The position numbers and the translations under genes are program-made. A model generated the notes under the pieces. That model saw only the letters and a list, made by a program, of their open reading frames with translations, ran no database searches and was not told the DNA's origin. This document shows positions 26,946-36,372 of a stretch of 39,445 nucleotides of DNA, in pieces; the stretch's first letter is position 1; each line of letters opens with the position of its first letter. Source of the stretch: an uncultured Lentisphaerota bacterium (lineage in GTDB: Bacteria > Verrucomicrobiota > Kiritimatiellia > RFP12 > UBA1067); assembly GCA_900320855.1 (NCBI GenBank), contig ONTV01000031.1:1-39445 (forward strand). The letters run 5' to 3'.

Positions 26946-28364
26946 ATGGCGACGGTCGGAACGGAAGGGGTTGCGGGGAAAGCGGCGGGGACGGCCTTGC
27001 GGGGCGGACGGAGCCGCTTTCGCCTGGGGCGGACGCTCCGCAACGTGTTCACGGTCGGCGGGCTGACGGCGGCGAGCCGCGTCCTCGGCCTTGTGCGCGA
27101 GATGCTGCAGTCGCGCCTCATCGGGGCTGGGGTCGAGCAGAGCGCGTTCACGCTGGCGTTCGCCTTGCCGAACATGGCGCGCAAGCTCTTCGGCGAGGGC
27201 GCGCTCACGGCGGCGTTCGTGCCGGTCTTCAAGGGCGAAGTCGCGGCGGGCGAAGTCGAGTCGGCGCGCCGTCTCGCCCGTGCCGTCCTCACGCTCGTCT
27301 TCCTCATTCTCGGCGCGGTCGTCGCCCTTGCGCTCGTCGGCCTCACGGTCGCGCTCGGCCTTTCGGCGGCGGATGTCGTGTCCCTCTCGCCGCGCGCCGT
27401 CCTCACGCTGAAGCTCGTGCGCATCCTCTTCCCCTACATGATCTTCATCTGCGGGGCGGCGTTCGGCATGGGCGTCCTCAACGCGCTCGGCCGATTCGTC
27501 GAGGGCGCGTTCATGCCAGCGTTCCTGAACGTGGTGTGGATCGCCGCGCTGGGGCTTCTCTGCTTCTTTCCGGGGCTGTCGCTCGCTGCGCGCGTGACGG
27601 TCGTCGGCTGGGCGATTCTCGCGGGCGGCGTCGCGCAGATGGCGTTCCTCTTCCGGTGCATGCGCCGGCGCGGCTACGGGTTCCGGTTCGCGCCGTTCGC
27701 GTCGTTCCGCGACGAGAAGTTCCGGCTCGTCTGGCGCAACACGCTCCTCGGCGCGGTGGGGGCGGGCGCCGTGCAGGCCAACTACCTGCTCGACCAGGTT
27801 CTCGGACAGGTCGCGGCGCCGTGGGCGGCGGGCGTCATCGGCTACGCGGAGCGCCTCATGGACTTGCCGCTCGGCGTCGTCGGCGTCGCGTTCGGCACGG
27901 TGCTGCTGCCGACGTTCGCGGGGCACTTCGCGGCGGGCGACGCGGCGGGCGCGCGGCGGGCCCTGAAGCGCGCCGTCCTGCAGATGACGGCGGTCATGCT
28001 GCCGGCGTCGGTCGTGACGTTCTTCTGCGCGCCGCTCATCGTGCGGCTCGTCTACGAGGGCCACGCCTTCGACGCGACGGCGACGCTGCGCGTCGCGCGG
28101 GCGCTCTCCGTCTACGGGCTCGGCCTTTGCTTCTTCGCGATCCAGAAATGCCTCGCCCCGTTCTTCCAGGCGCAGAAGGACATGAAGACGCCGCTGCGCG
28201 TGACCGTCCAGACGGTCTGCCTCAACGCGACGCTGAACGTCCTCGCGATCGCGCTTTTGCCGATGGACTGGCGGCACGTGGGGCTGGCGGCCTCGACGTC
28301 GTTCTGCGCGCTCGTCGGTTGCGTGCTGCTGGCGCGGCGCCTTCGCGTCCCGTCGGACGGGTGA
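26946..28364 (+). CDS. murJ: lipid II flippase MurJ (short C-terminus)
   Basis: SRVLGLVRE, AFALPNMARKLFGEGAL, YAERLMDLPLGVVG, FFQAQKDMKTP. Confidence 0.88.
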   Translation: MATVGTEGVAGKAAGTALRGGRSRFRLGRTLRNVFTVGGLTAASRVLGLVREMLQSRLIGAGVEQSAFTLAFALPNMARKLFGEGALTAAFVPVFKGEVAAGEVESARRLARAVLTLVFLILGAVVALALVGLTVALGLSAADVVSLSPRAVLTLKLVRILFPYMIFICGAAFGMGVLNALGRFVEGAFMPAFLNVVWIAALGLLCFFPGLSLAARVTVVGWAILAGGVAQMAFLFRCMRRRGYGFRFAPFASFRDEKFRLVWRNTLLGAVGAGAVQANYLLDQVLGQVAAPWAAGVIGYAERLMDLPLGVVGVAFGTVLLPTFAGHFAAGDAAGARRALKRAVLQMTAVMLPASVVTFFCAPLIVRLVYEGHAFDATATLRVARALSVYGLGLCFFAIQKCLAPFFQAQKDMKTPLRVTVQTVCLNATLNVLAIALLPMDWRHVGLAASTSFCALVGCVLLARRLRVPSDG

Positions 28365-28472
28365 CGCGCGCGACGGCAATATGCTATAATGCGCGAAACC
28401 CAGAATGTCAACAAGTGGCACGAAGACAGCCGTTAAAAGCCAGCCGTTAAGAAACAAATCGCAATCCGTTCA

Positions 28473-28618
28473 AGGAGCAAGTAGCAAGGAGTAAGTATGG
28501 AAGTTCAATTGTTCTCTCTTCAGCGTGCCATTCGGCCTTTGTCGCTTGTCTTTTGTCGTCTGTCCTCTCCTGTCTCGCGTCTCGCGTCCTCTCGCTTCTC
28601 ACGTCTCTTGTCTCGCGC
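28473..28618 (+). repeat. heptamer arrays spanning the RBS and N-terminus of the GH2 gene
   Basis: aggagca agtagca aggagta agt-ATG; then cctttgt cgcttgt cttttgt cgtctgt ... ctcgcgt ctcgcgt ... ctcacgt ctcttgt ctcgcgc. Confidence 0.7.
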
Positions 28619-30479
28619 CCTCCCCCTCTCGGCCGCCCTCTCTCTCTTCGTCTTCGCGCTCGCCGCCCCCGCCAACGCCGCGCCGTCCGCGCCGCTGACG
28701 ACGCCGTGGGGCGAGAAGGTGACGGACGCGAACGCCTGGCGGGAGTACCCGCGCCCGCAGCTCGTGCGCGACGGCTGGACATGCCTGAACGGCGACTGGG
28801 ACTACGCCGTGACGAGCGTCACGAACACGCCGGGGCGCCCGGAGAAATGGGACGGGAAGATCCGCGTGCCGTTCGCGATCGAGTCCGCGCTCTCCGGCGT
28901 CGGGCGGCTCCTCGGGCCGGACGAGTTCCTCTGGTACACGCGCAAGGTCGACTGCCGGAAGCGGCCCGGCGAGCGCATCCTCCTGCACTTCGGCGCGGTC
29001 GACTTCCGCGCGCAGGTCTTCGTCGGCCACCGCGAGGTGACGGACGTGCCGCACGAGGGCGGGAACCTGCCGTTCACGCTCGACGTCACGGACTACGTCG
29101 CGGACGGTGAGAACGAGCTGACGGTCTGCGCGTGGGACCCGACGGAGGACTTCGTCAACTCGCGCGGCAAGCAGAGCTTCGAGCCGAAGGGGTGCTTCTA
29201 CACGCGCGTGTCGGGGATCTGGCAGACGGTGTGGATGGAGAACGTGCCCGAGACGCACGTGGCGGGCTACGCGGTGGCGACGGACATCGACAAGGGCACG
29301 GTCACGCTGCGCTTCGACGTGCGCAGCCCGCGCTTCGCGAAGCCGGAGGTGACGGTCGAGGTCGCCGGGGTGAAGGCGACGACGGCGAACGGCGAGGTGA
29401 CGGTCACGCTGCCGAGACCCGTCCGGCTCTGGAGCCCGGACTCGCCGGAGCTCTACCGCTTCACGGCGGCCTGCGGGGCGGACTCGGTGAGGGGCTACTT
29501 CGGGATGCGCAAAATCGAGAAACGCGCGGACGCGAAGGGCGTGCTGCGGTTCTACCTCAACGACGAGCCGACGTTCCTCCTCGGGACGCTCGACCAGGGG
29601 TGGTGGCCGGACGGGCTCCTGACGCCGCCGTCGGACGAGGCGATGGCGCACGACATCCGGACGCTGAAGGACTGCGGGTACAACATGATGCGCAAGCACA
29701 TCAAGGTCGAGCCGCTGCGGTACTACTATCTGTGCGACACGCTGGGGATCCTCGTCGTCCAGGACCTGCCGAGCGGCAACCACAGCTACCTGTCGCCGCT
29801 GGACGCGAAGACGACGGCGAGGTACTGGCTTCAGCGGCAGGAGCAGAAGGGGCTCATGGACCTTCTGCAGACGTCGCCGTCGGTCGTGATGTGGTGCCCG
29901 TACAACGAGGCCTGGACGCAGCCGGGCGAGTTCCAGACGCACGCGATGCTCGACTTCGTGCGGAACTACGACCCGACGCGGCTCGTGAACGGGCCGAGCG
30001 GCTGCTGGGACTGGGAAGGCGGGTGCATCCTGCCGACGGGGTGGGTCGCGTGGGACAAGCGCATCACGACGGCGCACAAGCCGGCGGGAGTCTGCGAGGC
30101 GGGGGATACGGTTGACGCGCACCTCTATCGCGGGCCGGCGATGTTCCCCGTCAACGACCGGCGCATCTCGTTCCTCGGCGAGTTCGGCGGCCTCGGGCAT
30201 TCCGTCGAGGGCCATCTCTGGAAGAAGACGGCGAAGAACTGGGGCTATGGCGGCAACAAGGACACCGCGACGCGCGAGGGGCTCGAGAAGACGTACGTCG
30301 CGCTCCTCGAAAAGGTCGCGGACCTGGCGGCGCAGGGCCTCGGCGGCGCGGTCTACACGCAGACGACGGACGTGGAGGTCGAGATCAACGGCCTCATGAC
30401 CTATGACCGAAAGGTGATGAAGTTCGATCCGAAGGCCCTTCGCGCCGTGCATCGGAAGGTCCTGGACGCCGTGCGCTGA
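28497..30479 (+). CDS. secreted glycoside hydrolase family 2 protein
   Basis: EYPRPQLVR, LHFGAVD, SGIWQTVWME, LDQGWWPDG, RKHIKVEP, YNE acid/base, GEFGG nucleophile, YTQTTDVEVEINGL. Confidence 0.9.
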   Translation: MEVQLFSLQRAIRPLSLVFCRLSSPVSRLASSRFSRLLSRALPLSAALSLFVFALAAPANAAPSAPLTTPWGEKVTDANAWREYPRPQLVRDGWTCLNGDWDYAVTSVTNTPGRPEKWDGKIRVPFAIESALSGVGRLLGPDEFLWYTRKVDCRKRPGERILLHFGAVDFRAQVFVGHREVTDVPHEGGNLPFTLDVTDYVADGENELTVCAWDPTEDFVNSRGKQSFEPKGCFYTRVSGIWQTVWMENVPETHVAGYAVATDIDKGTVTLRFDVRSPRFAKPEVTVEVAGVKATTANGEVTVTLPRPVRLWSPDSPELYRFTAACGADSVRGYFGMRKIEKRADAKGVLRFYLNDEPTFLLGTLDQGWWPDGLLTPPSDEAMAHDIRTLKDCGYNMMRKHIKVEPLRYYYLCDTLGILVVQDLPSGNHSYLSPLDAKTTARYWLQRQEQKGLMDLLQTSPSVVMWCPYNEAWTQPGEFQTHAMLDFVRNYDPTRLVNGPSGCWDWEGGCILPTGWVAWDKRITTAHKPAGVCEAGDTVDAHLYRGPAMFPVNDRRISFLGEFGGLGHSVEGHLWKKTAKNWGYGGNKDTATREGLEKTYVALLEKVADLAAQGLGGAVYTQTTDVEVEINGLMTYDRKVMKFDPKALRAVHRKVLDAVR

Positions 30480-30503
30480 CGGACGTGCGCCGCCACGAGA
30501 CAC

Positions 30504-30533
30504 TTGCATTCGACGAGCAGATTGTAGTATAAT
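30504..30533 (+). promoter_or_regulatory. promoter of TPR-exbBDD operon
   Basis: TTGCAT, 18-nt spacer, TATAAT, ending 9 nt before ATG 30543. Confidence 0.65.
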
Positions 30534-30542
30534 CGCACCATC

Positions 30543-33500
30543 ATGAGACGAGAGGCTTTTTCAATTGTCGCGTTGGCGGCGCTTGCGGCGTCGCCGCTCT
30601 TCGCCGAGGAGGCGGCCGCGCCGGCGGCTGCGGCCCCGAATGAGAACCCCGAGCTTGAGGCCGAGATGAGCTATGTCGAGGCGCTCGTCAACTACGGGTA
30701 TCCCGACCTCGCGGGGCCGCTCATCGAGGCGACGAAGAAGCGGTGGCCCGAGTCCGAGGCGCGCTTCTTCGCGATCGAGATTCGCGGCATGCTCGCGCTC
30801 GGCCAGTTCGACGCGGCGGAGAAGAAGATCGCCTCGCTGCCCGACCGCAAGTCGACGAAGTACTGGGCGGCGCGCCTTGAGATGGCGAACAACTACTTCG
30901 GCCGTGGGCAGAAGCCCGAGTGCATGAAGATCTACGACGAGTTCTTCAAGGTCTTTGCGAAGCCGCCGGCCGAGATCCGCAAGTTCTACCTGGAGGCGTG
31001 CTACGCCTACGGCCAGCTGCTCGCGGGCGACAAGCAGTACGCGAAGGCCGTGCAGCGCTACGAGTCGCTTCTCGCGCAGCTGGAGCCGGGCAGCGACGCC
31101 TGGTGCAACCTCGGCTGCGAGACGGTCGATCTCTATCTGCGCCTGGCGGACCAGCAGACGGATCCGAAGCAGAAGAAGGCGCGCGACGCGAGCCTGAAGG
31201 CGGCCGAGAAGATCGTCGACAAGCTCCTCTGGCAGCTTGAGAAGCCCGTCTACTTCGGGCGCGCGGTCTCGATGAAAGCCCATATCGAGCAGATGAAGGG
31301 CGACATCGAGAAGGCCTCGGCCATCATCGAGGAGTACAAGCCGCAGCTGCAGGAGATCCATGAGCAGATCGTCCAGTTCGACCCGGAGGGCAAGCTGGGC
31401 CTGCTGAAGCAGTCGCCGCTCCCGGAGTGCCTGTTCCTCCAGGCGAAGATGCTGTGGGGCGAGGCGCAGGCCGAGTACAAGAAGCCGAAGCGCGATGACG
31501 AGAAGGTGAAGTCCCTCATGTTCGGCCCGCGCGGCAAGAACGGCAAGCGCCAGATCTCGAAGGGCGCGTTCGCGATGGCGCAGACGGTCTTCCTCGAATA
31601 CGAGGCGTCCTCGTGGGCGCCGCAGGCGGGCGACCTCGCGCAGGCCGTGAGCACGTTCGCGAAGGAGAAGTACAAGGCGAACATCAAGTGCAAGATTACG
31701 CCCGAGCAGATCGCGAAGGCGCGCGCGCGCCAGTTTGCGGACGCGAACGAGAAGTTCCTCGCGCAGGACTACGAGGCCGCGATCGAGGGCTATCTGCAGG
31801 CGCTTGCGAAGTATCCGGAGATCAAGGAGTCCGTGATGGCCGTCGAGAACGTCGCCTCGGCCTACCTGGATCTCATCCTCCAGACGAAGGACGCGAAGAA
31901 GAAAGACGAATACCGGCTGGACGCCGATGCGGTCGAGGGCTATCTCGCCGAGCGTTTCGCGGGGTCGACGGACCGGCTTCTCATGACGGCCGGCGGCGAC
32001 GCGACGGTCCGTCTCGCGGCGAAGGAGTCGCAGTACAAGAATCCGGCGCGCGCCGACCGCCTCTACACGGCGTTCTTCACGAACTACCGGCGTCATGCGA
32101 ACGCGGGCACGCTGGCGGCCGCGCGGGCGGCGGAGTTCCAGAAGGCCGGGCGGTATGACGACGCGATCAAGTACTGGTCGCTGATCGGCGAGTACTACAC
32201 GAACACGACGCACTACGCGACGTCGCTCGCCCAGCTCGCGGCCTGCTGCGGCAAGGTCGGCGACGTGAAGGGCGAGATCGCGAACATGACCAAGTACCTC
32301 GCGGTCGAGACGGTGAAGATCCGCCGCCTCCAGGCCCAGTTCAAGCTGGCGCAGACCTACCAGAAGGATGGCCTCGCGATGCTGGCCAAGGCCGCCGAGG
32401 AGACGGACGCCGCCAAGGTCGAGGCGCTGGAGAAGGAGGGAACTGCGCAGATTGTCCGCGCGATCCAGAACTTCTCGGGCTTCAAGAAGGAGGCGGACGC
32501 GGCGCTCGCCGACCCGACGACGACGAAGGAGGACGCCGCGAGCTACCGCAAGCTGCGCGAGGGCGCGATGTTCATGGTCGGCGTCTGCTGGCGGCGCATG
32601 AACCGTCCGGAGCAGAACCTCGAGGCCTACCGCAAGCGCGCGGCGGCCGGGTACGAGGCCTACGTGAAGGAATATCCCGAAGGGCAGTACGCGAAGCCCT
32701 GCTACGTAGACCTCGGGACGATCTACACGGCGCTCGGCGACATGGCGAAGTCGAAGGCGGCGCTGGACCGCCTGACGGAGAAGTTCCCCGATTCCGACGA
32801 GGCGAAGAACGCGAAGCCGCGCCTGGCGAAGAACCTCATCGAAATGGGCATGAAGCGCGAGGGCGCCGAGATCTACGCCGAGATGCTGCGGACGGACGGC
32901 GCGTACACGGCGAACCAGTTCGTCCAGGCGGGCGAGGCCCTGATTGAGGGCAAAAGCTGGGATCTTGCGAGCCAGGCGTTCGAGAAGGCGATTCGGCTCG
33001 CGGGCACGAATTCGGCGACGACCGTCGCGAAGGCGCGGCTCGGCCTCGCGAAGAGCGCGTGGAAGCAGGGCTCGCTTGCCGAGGCGCGCGACCAGCTCGA
33101 CAAGTTCCTCGAAGACCCGAAGATGTCGCGCATGGCGATTGCCGCCGACGCGAACTTCATGCTCGTCGAGGTCGCGTCCGACCAGGGCCGCACGGAGAAG
33201 GACGCGACGATGCGTGGCAAGTGCTTTGGCGCGGCGATTGGCGCGCTCAAGAAGGTGCGCCAGTACTGGGCGAAGAAGCCGCAGTGGGAGCAGGACCAGC
33301 TCGACCTCCTCTCCGGCGACGTGCTCGTCGATCGCATGAAGGCCGAGGAGGCGATGGGCCTCAAGGAAGAGGCGAAGGAGACGTGCGGGCGCGCGGCCGC
33401 GACCTTCCAGGTCTTCCTCCAGGCGCATGGCGTGACGGACGAGCATCCGCTCGACAAGATGGAGCCGGGCGAGGTCGCGAACCTCGAGCGCGCCTATGCG

Positions 33501-33659
33501 ACGCTCGTGCCGCTCTTTGCGAAGATGGGCGCCACGCAGGCCGACCTTGTCGTGAAGTTCGGGCAGGAGTATCTCGACCTCTTCCCGAACGGCAAGGCGC
33601 GGACGCTTGTCCAGAACTGCATGAACCAGGCCAAGGCGGATCTGCCGGCCCAGAAGTGA
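30543..33659 (+). CDS. large exported TPR/alpha-solenoid protein (1038 aa)
   Basis: Sec signal peptide (ending PLFA); repeated helical TPR-like units with YP/FP turns (YVKEYPEG, LTEKFPDS, YLDLFPNG). Confidence 0.8.
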   Translation: MRREAFSIVALAALAASPLFAEEAAAPAAAAPNENPELEAEMSYVEALVNYGYPDLAGPLIEATKKRWPESEARFFAIEIRGMLALGQFDAAEKKIASLPDRKSTKYWAARLEMANNYFGRGQKPECMKIYDEFFKVFAKPPAEIRKFYLEACYAYGQLLAGDKQYAKAVQRYESLLAQLEPGSDAWCNLGCETVDLYLRLADQQTDPKQKKARDASLKAAEKIVDKLLWQLEKPVYFGRAVSMKAHIEQMKGDIEKASAIIEEYKPQLQEIHEQIVQFDPEGKLGLLKQSPLPECLFLQAKMLWGEAQAEYKKPKRDDEKVKSLMFGPRGKNGKRQISKGAFAMAQTVFLEYEASSWAPQAGDLAQAVSTFAKEKYKANIKCKITPEQIAKARARQFADANEKFLAQDYEAAIEGYLQALAKYPEIKESVMAVENVASAYLDLILQTKDAKKKDEYRLDADAVEGYLAERFAGSTDRLLMTAGGDATVRLAAKESQYKNPARADRLYTAFFTNYRRHANAGTLAAARAAEFQKAGRYDDAIKYWSLIGEYYTNTTHYATSLAQLAACCGKVGDVKGEIANMTKYLAVETVKIRRLQAQFKLAQTYQKDGLAMLAKAAEETDAAKVEALEKEGTAQIVRAIQNFSGFKKEADAALADPTTTKEDAASYRKLREGAMFMVGVCWRRMNRPEQNLEAYRKRAAAGYEAYVKEYPEGQYAKPCYVDLGTIYTALGDMAKSKAALDRLTEKFPDSDEAKNAKPRLAKNLIEMGMKREGAEIYAEMLRTDGAYTANQFVQAGEALIEGKSWDLASQAFEKAIRLAGTNSATTVAKARLGLAKSAWKQGSLAEARDQLDKFLEDPKMSRMAIAADANFMLVEVASDQGRTEKDATMRGKCFGAAIGALKKVRQYWAKKPQWEQDQLDLLSGDVLVDRMKAEEAMGLKEEAKETCGRAAATFQVFLQAHGVTDEHPLDKMEPGEVANLERAYATLVPLFAKMGATQADLVVKFGQEYLDLFPNGKARTLVQNCMNQAKADLPAQK

Positions 33660-33680
33660 TGATTTGAGAAAGGCAACGGA

Positions 33681-34451
33681 ATGAACAAACTGACGATCAT
33701 GAGTCTGGCGGCCCTTGCGGCGGCGGAGGTCTTCGCCGTGCAGGGTACGCTCAACACCGAAACCGAGTCCCTGACGGGCGACATCAAGTGGCGCGCGCGC
33801 GACAAGCAGTACGTCGTCTCCGTGAAGAAGGGGCAGACGATGGTTGACATGGAGCGCAAGAAAGACGACGTCGTCTCGCTCGACATCCCGAAGCCGCAGG
33901 GCTTCGACAAGGCCGTGCAAATGGTCGAAAGCGGGTCGGGCGCGGCGGCGATCGCGATCCTGCAGAAGATCGTCGACGAGTACGTGATGCTTCAGTGGGA
34001 CAAGCCGGCCGGGCGCTATCTCGCGATGGCGCAGCTCGCGGCGGGGCATGCCCAGAAGGCCAATGACATCTGCACGAAGATCATCGCGTCCGACAAGGAG
34101 GCGGCCTATTCGGGCGATCTCGCGGCGGCCTACTGGCAGTCGCTCCTGAAGCTCGGCAAGAACGACCAGCTGGAGAGCCTCCTGAAGAAGGCCGCGACGT
34201 CCGGCGACCGCACGGCGTCCGCCGCCGCGCTCGTCATGCGCGGCGACATCATCGTCGCGAAGTCGAACGATGCGCCCGACGCGCTCAAGGACGCGTTGCG
34301 CGACGGTTACCTGCGCGTTGTCCTCATGTACCAGGACGAGGCGTGCAAGCGCGAGCGCGGCGAGGCGATGCTCAAGGCCGCGCAGTGCTTCGACAAGCTC
34401 GGCCAGTCCGCGCGCGCCGAGGCTCTCCGCGCCCAGGCGAAGGCGATGTGA
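33681..34451 (+). CDS. exported protein with C-terminal TPR-like helices
   Basis: Signal peptide; ALRDGYLRVVLMY...AMLKAAQCFDKLG. Confidence 0.75.
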   Translation: MNKLTIMSLAALAAAEVFAVQGTLNTETESLTGDIKWRARDKQYVVSVKKGQTMVDMERKKDDVVSLDIPKPQGFDKAVQMVESGSGAAAIAILQKIVDEYVMLQWDKPAGRYLAMAQLAAGHAQKANDICTKIIASDKEAAYSGDLAAAYWQSLLKLGKNDQLESLLKKAATSGDRTASAAALVMRGDIIVAKSNDAPDALKDALRDGYLRVVLMYQDEACKRERGEAMLKAAQCFDKLGQSARAEALRAQAKAM

Positions 34452-34456
34452 GGTGA

Positions 34457-34506
34457 GGGAAATAATCGAATGGTCGAATGATCGAATGAACGGTCGAATG
34501 GCCGAA
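34457..34506 (+). repeat. second ATCGAATG-family octamer array
   Basis: 34457-34489 is identical to 3845-3877 (33 bp). Confidence 0.9.
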
Positions 34507-34536
34507 ACTCTTTAAACCCAAAAACAAGATAAAACA

Positions 34537-35361
34537 ATGAACAAGATCAAGAAGTCTCTGCTGGCGATGTCGATTCTCGTTGGAACGTGCGTCGCGCCAA
34601 TGGCCGCGCTCCAGTCGTATGGCCAGGAAATCACCGATGCCGCCGGCAACGCGGTTGACACCAACGCGGCGAAGTCCCAGAGCTCGGGCGGCGGATTCTA
34701 CGAGATCGTCTTCGGTTCGGGCATCGTCGGCATGATCCTGTGGTTTGCGCTCTTCGGCGACGGCGCGCTCGCGATCTACTTCGCCCTTGACTCCGCGATC
34801 CTCATCAAGCCGGACAAACTCATGCCGAAGAAGCTCATGGACGGTGTGCAGGGCGCGATGATGGAGGGCGACGTCGTCAAGGCGATGGAGGTCTGCGACC
34901 AGAACCCGTCCGCGATGGCGTCGATCGTCAAGGCGGCCTTCCAGCACATCGAGGAGGGCTTCGAGGCGATTCAGGAGGCCGTGACGGCGGCGTCCGACCT
35001 CGAGCAGGAGAAGATCCAGCAGCGGCTGAACTGGATTTCGGTCTGCGGCAACCTCGGCCCGTCCCTCGGCCTTCTCGGTACGGTGCAAGGCATGATCCTG
35101 ACGTTCCAGGCGCTCGCCTCCGGCGGCGCCGGCGATGCGGCCGCGCTCGCGAACTCGATCGGCCAGGCTCTCTGGACGACGGCCGGCGGCCTGATCGTGT
35201 CGATCCCCTCGATCACCATCTTCTACTCGCTCCGCAACAAGGCCAACCGCCTCATCCTGAAGATGACCGCGATGACGATGGAGATCCTGAACGGCCTCCG
35301 CAATGTCGCCGTCGATCCGGGCGCCGAGGGCGACGCTCCGGCGGAAGCGGCCCAGGCGTAA
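34537..35361 (+). CDS. exbB: MotA/TolQ/ExbB proton channel protein
   Basis: GPSLGLLGTVQGMI and ALWTTAGGL TM signatures; extra signal-like N-terminus. Confidence 0.9.
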   Translation: MNKIKKSLLAMSILVGTCVAPMAALQSYGQEITDAAGNAVDTNAAKSQSSGGGFYEIVFGSGIVGMILWFALFGDGALAIYFALDSAILIKPDKLMPKKLMDGVQGAMMEGDVVKAMEVCDQNPSAMASIVKAAFQHIEEGFEAIQEAVTAASDLEQEKIQQRLNWISVCGNLGPSLGLLGTVQGMILTFQALASGGAGDAAALANSIGQALWTTAGGLIVSIPSITIFYSLRNKANRLILKMTAMTMEILNGLRNVAVDPGAEGDAPAEAAQA

Positions 35362-35379
35362 GCGAAAGGCCCTCGTTCC

Positions 35380-35880
35380 ATGGCCAGGAAAGCACAGGAG
35401 AATCCGGCCCTCGACATGACGCCGATGATCGACGTCGTCTTCGAGCTGATCATCTTCTTCGTCGTCACGCTGACCGAAGCGCAGCGCAAGGACGAGACGA
35501 TCGAGCTCGAAGACGGTCGGCACGGCATCGTGCTCGTTCCAGAGGAGTTGCCGCCGACGCATCTGCAGATTGACATCGCGAGCCGCGACAAGCGCGGCAA
35601 GCGTCTGCCGCGCGGTCGCATCTCGATGGGCGACCGCGAGATTACGCCGGACGAGATCGGCCGCCGCGTCAAGGAGCGGATGCGCAAGGTCGGGGAGTTT
35701 CCCGTCCTCATCCGTGCCGACTACGACGTGCGCCACGAGGTCGTCGCGCGCGTCATGGACGCCTGCACGGCGAACGGCATCTGGAAGATCTCGTTCATGG
35801 CGACGGCAGAGGACAAGCGCTCGAAGCCGGGGCATCCCGCCCGCAAGCATCTGGACGCGCTCAAGAGAAGGGGGAGGTAA
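35380..35880 (+). CDS. exbD: ExbD/TolR family protein 1
   Basis: LDMTPMIDVVF, VLIRAD, VMDAC. Confidence 0.9.
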   Translation: MARKAQENPALDMTPMIDVVFELIIFFVVTLTEAQRKDETIELEDGRHGIVLVPEELPPTHLQIDIASRDKRGKRLPRGRISMGDREITPDEIGRRVKERMRKVGEFPVLIRADYDVRHEVVARVMDACTANGIWKISFMATAEDKRSKPGHPARKHLDALKRRGR

Positions 35881-35883
35881 GCC

Positions 35884-36294
35884 ATGGCGCGCAAGCCACA
35901 GGAGAATCCCGCGCTCGACATGACGCCGATGATTGACGTCGTCTTCGAGCTGATCATCTTCTTCGTCGTCACGATCAAGCAGGAGGACACGCTTTCGAAG
36001 CTGAACGCGAACCGTCCCGCGCCCGCGTCCGGGTCATCGTCTTCAAACGAGTCCGACACGACCGTGACAATCGAGATCGGGCGGGGACACGACGCGAACG
36101 GCGTCCTCGTCTACAACAAGCGCGAGGTGCGGCGGTCGGAGCTCGACCAGAACCTGCGCGAGGTCGCCCGCACGTCGACGAAGACCCCCATCATCATCAA
36201 GTGCACGATGGATTCGCCGCACAAGGCGCTTGTCGATGCGCTTGACATCTGCTACAAGAACAACCTGTTCAGCGTCAGCATCTTCTCGATGTGA
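35884..36294 (+). CDS. exbD: ExbD/TolR family protein 2
   Basis: LDMTPMIDVVF, PIIIK, LVDALDIC. Confidence 0.85.
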   Translation: MARKPQENPALDMTPMIDVVFELIIFFVVTIKQEDTLSKLNANRPAPASGSSSSNESDTTVTIEIGRGHDANGVLVYNKREVRRSELDQNLREVARTSTKTPIIIKCTMDSPHKALVDALDICYKNNLFSVSIFSM

Positions 36295-36305
36295 GACGGG
36301 TGGGC

Positions 36306-36372
36306 GTAGGGAAGTTTGGATGTCTGGGCGTTTGGATGTTTGGAAGTCCTGAAAGTTTTGGAGGTTTAGGGC
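36306..36372 (+). repeat. GTTTGGAN 8/9-mer array abutting a start codon
   Basis: gtagggaa gtttggat gtctgggc gtttggat gtttggaa gtcctgaaa gttttggag gtttagggc ATG. Confidence 0.85.

Noticed and set aside
30561-34049. Very long minus-strand ORFs (1162 aa here; also 14420-17530, 5301-7958, 9136-11184, 28599-30509)
   Set aside because: Antisense shadows of high-GC3 genes; Arg/Leu/Val-rich, no motifs, fully overlapping well-supported genes.
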